Positions 57,472 through 64,000 of a DNA stretch of 64,000 bases are shown one piece after another (within the stretch, counting starts at the first letter, position 1; each line of letters opens with the position of its first letter). Origin of the DNA: a candidate division WOR-3 bacterium (GTDB taxonomy: Bacteria > Hydrothermota > 32-111). The stretch is from positions 224,001 through 288,000 of the forward strand of contig JBBFKX010000002.1 of assembly GCA_037481815.1 (NCBI GenBank), in the 5' to 3' direction. The translations under genes were made by a program, and so were the position numbers. Below the pieces are notes generated by a model, which was given only the letters and a program-made list of their open reading frames with translations, was not told the DNA's origin and did no database searches.

Positions 57472-58319
57472 CGGTTTAATTTTACCATCTTTTTTAAAAA
57501 TAAAAATATTTTTAAATAAATGTTCACAAAATTTTTTACTTTTTTTCCATAATGCTTTTCAAGGAAATAATCCATTGATTTAAAGGAATAATTTAATGAT
57601 TCTTTTGTAGCTGAAAGGTTATGTTTGTGAAAAGCTTTTAATTTTGACTCATAAAATATTTTAAAACTTTGTTTTTTTAATCTTAAAAAAAGATCCGTCT
57701 CTTCATAGGTTAAAAAAAATCCAGGATCAAATTTCCCAACTTTTTCGAAAGATTCTTTTTTTACAAGCATCAAAGATCCATTAACACCATAAACCTCTTT
57801 TGAACTTTTATAAAAATGGATACCTTCCCATACACCTAAATATCCGTTACTTTTTTTATCGAAGAGAGAAAGGATAAAAGGTAAAAATGAAAAATGGTAG
57901 AAAATAACAAAAGGATCATAAGACTTTTTTTGAATACCCTTTCTAAAACTTACATTTGAATAAATATTGAACCCGACGATCGCGTAATTTTTTTCTCTAT
58001 ATTCATTTATCCGCTGTTCAAGTTTTTTAAAAAATTCTTTTTCAAAAATAATATCATCGTTTGATATAAGGAAATAATCGGTTTCTACAAAAGTTGATGC
58101 GATGTTTATGGATCTGCCATAGCCATAGTTTTCCTTATTTTTAATGTACATTATTGTCAAACCGTTCGGAACAATTTTTTCATTATCACCATTGTCCACC
58201 AATACGAGTTTGATATTATTTTCCTTTAAAATTCTGTAATTATGTAAAAAAAATTGCTCAGCATTTTCTCTTTTAAACAGAACAACTATAAGATTCAGTT
58301 CAAATTTTTTTTCATCCAT
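57468..58319 (-). CDS. glycosyltransferase, GT2 family
   Basis: VDNG, N.GYG...N, SNDD, G..M, FDPGFFLTYEETDL. Confidence 0.85.
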   Translation of the reverse strand: MDEKKFELNLIVVLFKRENAEQFFLHNYRILKENNIKLVLVDNGDNEKIVPNGLTIMYIKNKENYGYGRSINIASTFVETDYFLISNDDIIFEKEFFKKLEQRINEYREKNYAIVGFNIYSNVSFRKGIQKKSYDPFVIFYHFSFLPFILSLFDKKSNGYLGVWEGIHFYKSSKEVYGVNGSLMLVKKESFEKVGKFDPGFFLTYEETDLFLRLKKQSFKIFYESKLKAFHKHNLSATKESLNYSFKSMDYFLEKHYGKKVKNFVNIYLKIFLFLKKMVKLNR

Positions 58320-59650
58320 AACACAAAATTTTTACCCTTAAAAATAAAAATAAAACAAATAAAAAAGATTACACCTAACAAAAGAATTAGATTCATTTTT
58401 TCAAATGAGAATATTATCAAAGAAAAAAGCAAAATAGTAGCAAGAGAAAATAGATCCAAAATTTTTGCTTTTAAAATGAAATTTAAAAAAAAGATCCAGA
58501 TAAAAAAATAAACCGTTTTTAATGTTAAAAAGTAATATGAAAATTTAACGATGTCAATTTTTTTTTCAAAAATGTAAAAAATCAAAACACCGGATAAAAT
58601 CAAAAATGAGCCAAAAATTTGAAGATAGTTATAGTATTTCAATTTTTCTATTGAGAGAAGTTTATTAAACATTATATAAAAATATATATCAAAAAAAATC
58701 GTTATGGAAAGTATTAAAAATATGTTAACCGATTCGATATAATTTGTTAAAAACCTTTTTGTAACAATTTTCAAAAAAACGTATGAAACAACAATAAAGA
58801 AAAAAGTCAACACTGAAATTGTAATAAAAAAAACATTTATCCTTTTATAAGAATACTTATCAATATTTTTTACAAAATCGGGTAAAAAATATTGTACTAT
58901 CGAAACAGGTAGCATTTGAGCAAAAGAAAGAAAAAAAACTGCGGTTGAATATATCGCAAAAGTTTCTTTAATCAATATAAAACTTAAAAACAATCTTTCG
59001 AAACTCGAAATTATCTGGTTTAAAAATCCCACTGAATAGATCGAAAATCCTTTTTTTAAGAAAAATAAAAGATTTTCAAAATTAAAAGTTTCAAAACGAA
59101 TACCTTTCGTAAAAATAACCCCAACAGCAAATGAGAACAAAGAATAAACAATAAAACTAACATATGCTCCATTTAAACCAAAAAAATAAGTCAAAACTAT
59201 TGTTGAAAACAAAAGCATGGTCTGTGAAAGAACAAGATTTAATGAATATTTATAAAAATCCCCTGTAGATTTCAAATAATATAACGGGATTTCCTTCGCC
59301 GAATAAAAAAAGAGTGTTAAGAACAAAAAAAGAAAGATCGATTTTTTTAAAAACAAAAAAAAAGGTAACAAGAACAAAGAAACAGTAAAAAAAATCAAAG
59401 AATTTATTGTAAAAATTTTGTTTTTGTAAATTTCCTTTTCTTTATCAGTTACCCTTGGAAGTAGTATCATGAAAGAATTTGTTAAACCAAAATTTAACAG
59501 TAAAAGATAACTTAGGACAATTTTGAACTGGCTGAATTCTCCCATCTGTTGGAGAGAAAGCATTTTTACAAGAAAAAAACCCTGGATGAACGATAAAAAA
59601 ATATTTATATAATTTGAAAAAGTATAAAAAGTGATATTTCTAATCACCAT
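58295..59650 (-). CDS. polysaccharide flippase (Wzx-like)
   Basis: About 12 TM helices, N-terminal IRN..FYTFS, L...G.F, NFGL, YS.A; polysaccharide gene context. Confidence 0.65.
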   Translation of the reverse strand: MVIRNITFYTFSNYINIFLSFIQGFFLVKMLSLQQMGEFSQFKIVLSYLLLLNFGLTNSFMILLPRVTDKEKEIYKNKIFTINSLIFFTVSLFLLPFFLFLKKSIFLFLFLTLFFYSAKEIPLYYLKSTGDFYKYSLNLVLSQTMLLFSTIVLTYFFGLNGAYVSFIVYSLFSFAVGVIFTKGIRFETFNFENLLFFLKKGFSIYSVGFLNQIISSFERLFLSFILIKETFAIYSTAVFFLSFAQMLPVSIVQYFLPDFVKNIDKYSYKRINVFFITISVLTFFFIVVSYVFLKIVTKRFLTNYIESVNIFLILSITIFFDIYFYIMFNKLLSIEKLKYYNYLQIFGSFLILSGVLIFYIFEKKIDIVKFSYYFLTLKTVYFFIWIFFLNFILKAKILDLFSLATILLFSLIIFSFEKMNLILLLGVIFFICFIFIFKGKNFVLWMKKNLN

Positions 59651-60504
59651 CAAAGAAGTTCAGCTCCACATTTCTCACAGTTAAACAGGTCTGATCTGTT
59701 AATATGACCACATTTAGGACATACAAGACCTTCAATCGTTTCAATGTTTTCTTCTTTAACATTGACATCAAAATCTTTCTCAAAAACGAGATCATCTTCA
59801 CTTTTATATTTTTTATTGTTCATTTCAAGAGGATTATCTTTAACCATTTTTTCTTCTTTTGGAAGATCTTCACCTAGAGAAAATTTTTCTTCTTTTACTA
59901 TATCAGGTTGAATTATATTATCTATAGCAGATTGTATATTTTCAGACAAGTTTCTGTCAAGTTCTTCCGGCTGAACATTTTCATTTAAATTTTCTCCCGC
60001 AGGTGGAAATTTTACTTCGATTTTACTTTCAGGATATACAAGATTGTTTTCATAAACAATTTTTTCTCTAAACTGTTCCAGAGAAGGTTCATGTGGTGTT
60101 TTTTCTTCAGGTAACATTTTGGTCAACTCTTTTTTATCTTCTTGAAGTTTTCTTAGTTGATTCAATAATTCTTCCCTTTTGTTATCAAATAACTGTTTTT
60201 TTTCTTCAAACTCATTTAAAGTAATCTCTCCGAGGATACTTCTAACGTTTAATTCTTCTATTTCAAGTTCTAAATTGTTTATTTTTTCACTGATTTCTTT
60301 TTCCTTTATATTTATATTCTCTATTTCAGATTTTACAAACTCTGCATTTTTTTTGATCTGCTCAAAAATGTTCCTTAATTTCTCTTCATATTCGTTTTTA
60401 ATTTTCTCATAGATCGCAAGTTTTATCTGTCCTTTCATTCCTTCAAGTTTTTTCATCCTATTTTCAAGTTCCTCTTTCTCTGTGACCAAACTTCTTAAGT
60501 CCAT
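59650..60504 (-). CDS. coiled-coil protein with acidic linker and C-terminal zinc ribbon
   Basis: About 130-aa heptad-rich N-terminus, low-complexity linker, CPKC.H.N......CEKCG. Confidence 0.7.
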   Translation of the reverse strand: MDLRSLVTEKEELENRMKKLEGMKGQIKLAIYEKIKNEYEEKLRNIFEQIKKNAEFVKSEIENINIKEKEISEKINNLELEIEELNVRSILGEITLNEFEEKKQLFDNKREELLNQLRKLQEDKKELTKMLPEEKTPHEPSLEQFREKIVYENNLVYPESKIEVKFPPAGENLNENVQPEELDRNLSENIQSAIDNIIQPDIVKEEKFSLGEDLPKEEKMVKDNPLEMNNKKYKSEDDLVFEKDFDVNVKEENIETIEGLVCPKCGHINRSDLFNCEKCGAELL

Positions 60505-61439
60505 TCTTCCCCCTTTATTATTTTTATAATAGATTCTTCAACCAACAGAGTTCCATACCTTTGATTGAATCTTCTCAAATCCCTTAAAAGATTATACACT
60601 GTTTCAAAACTCTTTTTCAACACCTTTTCATCCCAATTTTTGAATTTGTTTTTTTCATTTTTTTTTGCTTCAGAGAATTGTTTTAAAAGCATCATAACAA
60701 GTCCATCGTTAGTCAAAAGTTTCCATTCAAGACATTTTCTATATGATATTATCGTTTCTTTTAATTTTTTCTCAGATAGATTGTTAAGAAAATCGAAAAT
60801 ATACGAATCGTAAAATTCAACCTTATCCTGTAACGCTTCTATATCATCTAAAGTTAAAACTTCTCCTTTCATGTATGAAGAGTTGATTATGTTAAAAACA
60901 GAATAAATATTTCCATCTGTAAAATCCAAAAGTTTCTGTGCCATAAGATCTGTTATTTTCATATTTCTTGCTTTTGCAAATTCAACAATTCGCTTTATAT
61001 TTATACTTTTAAGAAATTTAGGATCCATCTCAACAAAAAAATGAAGTGCGTTTTTAAATTTTTGTTCAGAACCTTTTTTTATCTCATATGGGGATAGTTC
61101 CTCTTCATCAATACACAGAATTATAAATATTATATTTTTTTCAAGCCCGGAAGATAGATCATCTATTCTTTCTGCAAAACTTTTGGAAATTTTTAAACCA
61201 TCTTTGAAAATAAAAATTTTTTTTTCAGAAATAAATGGAGGTGTCAGAACCTTATTATAAAAATCTTCTTCGTTGTTTTCATCTATGTAAAACTCAAAGT
61301 AATCAAAATCTTCAGCACCAGGAGAGATATATTTTTCCTTCAATTTTTGTATAACATTTTTTATATCCTCAGAATAGTTTCCCGATATTACAAAAAAGTT
61401 TTTAGTTTCCGACAAAGTTAAAATATCGTTTATTTCCAT
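60495..61439 (-). CDS. holA: DNA polymerase III delta subunit (divergent)
   Basis: N-terminal ..ISG, DFDYFEF, TPPFISEKK..I.K, IFDF...L pattern typical of HolA; 314 aa. Confidence 0.6.
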   Translation of the reverse strand: MEINDILTLSETKNFFVISGNYSEDIKNVIQKLKEKYISPGAEDFDYFEFYIDENNEEDFYNKVLTPPFISEKKIFIFKDGLKISKSFAERIDDLSSGLEKNIIFIILCIDEEELSPYEIKKGSEQKFKNALHFFVEMDPKFLKSINIKRIVEFAKARNMKITDLMAQKLLDFTDGNIYSVFNIINSSYMKGEVLTLDDIEALQDKVEFYDSYIFDFLNNLSEKKLKETIISYRKCLEWKLLTNDGLVMMLLKQFSEAKKNEKNKFKNWDEKVLKKSFETVYNLLRDLRRFNQRYGTLLVEESIIKIIKGEEWT

Positions 61440-62407
61440 CAGAATAAATATGAAACTCCAATAGAGTTCGTGTTACCAATTTCAAGTATTGAGAGAGAAT
61501 AATAAATAGAACCATTCAAAATGTTTAAAAATACCCCAAACCCAAGATTTTTTATATCTGAATTTTCAAAAAGGTTTTGGTTGTATCCTATATTGAAGCC
61601 AATAATGTTTGAATATATATATATCAAAGATATCATAAGTTTTTTATCACTAAGATCATAGGATATTTCTGAAAAAATGTTCGAATTTATTTTATGAATA
61701 TCGATAGAATAGGAAATGGATGTAAAGAATCTATCGTTTATCAAGTTTACCGTGTTGGAATCGGTATCCCATACAATTCTCGTTTTTGCAACATCTTTAT
61801 AAACAAATGAAAAAGAAAAAATTCCTGGAATTTTCGTTTTAAAATCGTTAAATGAAAATTTTACAGTTGTTCCAAGATCGATTCCAAATCCCATACCCCT
61901 ATTCATATACAGTTTCTGGTATAATGTTTTTATGTTGCTACCAAAACTGAATTCATAAAACTTTTTTTCTTTTTGACCATTAGTTCTGTAAGAAAAATTT
62001 AAAATTCCAGCAAAACAGTTATCCGAAAAAAATCCTTCGGGAACAAACGAAACAGAATCAGAATATTCCGGATAAACTGGTATATCATTTATATTCTGGT
62101 TTAGAAGTTGAAAACCAAAATTCACTCCTTTTATTTCAGGTAAAAGAAAAGAAAAGTTGTTATAATCGGATATATTGGAAAATAAAAATTTATGTTCATA
62201 AAAAAGTACAAAACTTTTTCTCGGTTGACAAAATAAATTTGAAGAGTTTGAAGGATTAAAGTAAAAGAGTGGTAATCTTGAAAAATTGAAAGTTAAAACA
62301 GCACCTTTACTGCTTTCTCCAATCGGTGTTGGTAAAATCGACAAAAAATCACTGGAAAAGATTTTTAAAGTTAAAGAAATGAATAAAAAAATAAAAAATT
62401 TTTTCAT
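61439..62407 (-). CDS. PorV/PorQ (UPF0164)-like outer membrane beta-barrel
   Basis: Signal peptide; FL.I.P.P......G, YFNPS, FG.N.K..Y, GFGIDLG; C-terminal GVSYLF beta-signal. Confidence 0.55.
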   Translation of the reverse strand: MKKFFIFLFISLTLKIFSSDFLSILPTPIGESSKGAVLTFNFSRLPLFYFNPSNSSNLFCQPRKSFVLFYEHKFLFSNISDYNNFSFLLPEIKGVNFGFQLLNQNINDIPVYPEYSDSVSFVPEGFFSDNCFAGILNFSYRTNGQKEKKFYEFSFGSNIKTLYQKLYMNRGMGFGIDLGTTVKFSFNDFKTKIPGIFSFSFVYKDVAKTRIVWDTDSNTVNLINDRFFTSISYSIDIHKINSNIFSEISYDLSDKKLMISLIYIYSNIIGFNIGYNQNLFENSDIKNLGFGVFLNILNGSIYYSLSILEIGNTNSIGVSYLF

Positions 62408-64000
62408 CTTATCACACTCATTTTCTGAATTTTTGATTTCACTTTTTCTCCATCACTTTCTGCTTCTATATAATAAAAATATGTTCCGTTTCTATAATCA
62501 TCAATCTGGATATCAGCATAAACAAATCTGTCTTTTAAAAATGAAAGATTGTATGTTTTAAAAAGTTCACCATTTGATTTATATATTTTAAGTGTTGCCG
62601 ACTCTGGATTTTTCGAAAGTTCACAAACTATCCTCGTGTTTTTCCCAACAACAGGGTTCGGGAAATTTGCAACATTAATTATCTTGAACTGGTTTGAAAC
62701 CTGAAAATCAAACACTTTTTCTGTCGAATTTCCATAAATATCTTTACAGTATACTTTAAGAGTATGTGTTCCATTTTCAAGAAATTTTGAAACTTTTACC
62801 GGCATTGTTTTAGTTACTGTTTCCTTTGTAACCTTATAATCTGATTCAGAGGAAAGAGTATCATCATCTATCATAATTAAAAAACTTTTCGTATCGATTC
62901 CCTCATTATCTTCAACGGTGATTCCCAAATCTACATTGTTAACGAGTAATGTAGAATAATAAACCTCTTTGTTTTCAACAAAGATTTTTACAAGTGGTGG
63001 AATGGTATCATTCCATCTTCCGATTACAAATCTTTCAGTATTTCTTTCAAATGTGAAAAGAATCGTATCCTCTCTTCTCTCTCCTTCTAAAACAAATTTG
63101 TTTGAAAGAGAGTCATACATTAATACATTTGCGGGGAGCAGTTCTGAATGTGGATAAAGTAAAAGAACATTTTTATAATCTGGATTCAAAACATCTATTC
63201 TATAGACATCCATCTGTTGTTTATCGACACTCAATATTTCAAGGTTTTGATCAATTTCATTCAACGAGTCCCTCGAAACAATAATCAGATTTGTGTCATC
63301 ATTCGTCTGTCCATTGTTAAAAATGCAAAGAGAATGATAGGTTAACGATGAATCAAAAGGTTGTTTTCCATAAATATAGGAATAAATATAATCAAAATCT
63401 GATTCCATTACCTTGTTGTTTGTAAAATTCCTATCAGGGAAAATCAAAGTATCTTCAGCAGCAAACACATAAATTTTTTCCCTAAAATAATTTTTAGCAA
63501 TTTTGACTTTTGATTCTTTTGTTTCTCCACCTTTTAACGAAATGGTATCAATTCCTATTAAAAGAGTGTCATCGTTTTGATCTATATTATAAAAATGAAC
63601 AGGCATTGAATTGATATCTCTTTCTCCCCCATTGGAAATTTTTACCGTTATTGCTGGACTTTTATCTTTAAATGATAGATAAGGTTTTTGGAGTATCTTT
63701 GCATCAGGATAAGGAGGAATCAACAACTTTTTCGTGAAACTTGTAAAGTTGATATTTTCGGTTGAGTCAGAATAAGAGATATAATAATAAAAATAATCGT
63801 ATGAACTTTTCTTCGCCTTTATTGGTGATAACAGATTTGTGTAAAAAAGTAAACTATCAAGAGAATCCTGAATCATGTTCGCTGTATAATAATATGTGGA
63901 ATTTGGATATTTATAGTTCGCTATAAGATTCTTTAAATTTTTTCCACCTATTCTTGCAAATATTCTAAATTCTGTAAGCGTATCGGGATTTGAAGGAGAG
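62404..64000 (-). CDS. C-terminal part of a large PorU/C25-like protein with a T9SS-type C-terminal domain; 5' end outside the window
   Basis: Frame stays open from 63999 (SPSNPDTLTEF...) through the ORF-track Met at 63876. DTIPP..I, ED..GI, GTHTL.V...D.YGN, NFPNP, LKIY..NGE, NGTYFY, K..VIR. Confidence 0.6.
   Translation of the reverse strand, partial: SPSNPDTLTEFRIFARIGGKNLKNLIANYKYPNSTYYYTANMIQDSLDSLLFYTNLLSPIKAKKSSYDYFYYYISYSDSTENINFTSFTKKLLIPPYPDAKILQKPYLSFKDKSPAITVKISNGGERDINSMPVHFYNIDQNDDTLLIGIDTISLKGGETKESKVKIAKNYFREKIYVFAAEDTLIFPDRNFTNNKVMESDFDYIYSYIYGKQPFDSSLTYHSLCIFNNGQTNDDTNLIIVSRDSLNEIDQNLEILSVDKQQMDVYRIDVLNPDYKNVLLLYPHSELLPANVLMYDSLSNKFVLEGERREDTILFTFERNTERFVIGRWNDTIPPLVKIFVENKEVYYSTLLVNNVDLGITVEDNEGIDTKSFLIMIDDDTLSSESDYKVTKETVTKTMPVKVSKFLENGTHTLKVYCKDIYGNSTEKVFDFQVSNQFKIINVANFPNPVVGKNTRIVCELSKNPESATLKIYKSNGELFKTYNLSFLKDRFVYADIQIDDYRNGTYFYYIEAESDGEKVKSKIQKMSVIR

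Noticed and set aside
56164..59650. Poly-A/T tracts as phase-variation switches or pseudogene frameshifts
   Set aside because: The ORFs are intact, and such runs are expected in Phe/Lys-rich genes of a very AT-rich genome.
633..63284. The many 60-136 aa ORFs antisense to or nested within assigned genes (e.g. 633-932, 17054-17464, 21297-21677, 52885-53271)
   Set aside because: They are shadows of well-supported genes, with no recognisable motifs or evident expression signals.

Overview
AT-rich (roughly 30% GC by eye), densely packed chromosomal DNA from a diderm bacterium. The Lol system, PorU/PorV-like genes, C-terminal sorting domains and a deltaproteobacterial-style pil locus suggest an FCB-adjacent candidate phylum such as WOR-3/TA06 (inference only). 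Left to right: partial clpB; a type IVa pilus locus on the minus strand (pilB1-pilB2-pilT-pilC-pilS-pilR, an inverted GT4 glycosyltransferase, two pilins, a PilH/PilI-like ABC transporter, a PilG-like protein, pilD); cmk-plsC-ispH-rpsA-pyrG; a 1574-aa secreted multidomain protein; GntR plus a tRNA nucleotidyltransferase; M23 peptidase-dusB-methyltransferase-EndoQ-HIT; prfB-lysS-lolE-lolD; a dcw cluster from mraZ to ftsZ (no ddl); a Wzx/Wzy polysaccharide block; holA; and a PorU/PorV-like pair. I saw no tRNA, rRNA, CRISPR array or mobile element. Strongest signals: (1) both pilin genes carry an identical 19-bp palindrome-containing motif at the same offset from a sigma54-type promoter; (2) two tandem PilB motors, one with an intact and one with an eroded MshEN c-di-GMP motif; (3) a STAS-like gene lacking the phospho-serine between mraZ and rsmH, and a non-canonical six-unit 10-bp MraZ box array; (4) sigma70-type promoters with mostly 16-bp spacers and many apparently leaderless operon heads; (5) a loop-deleted, probably CC-adding tRNA nucleotidyltransferase behind a YtrA-type GntR. 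All assignments come from motif recognition; no database searches were run.
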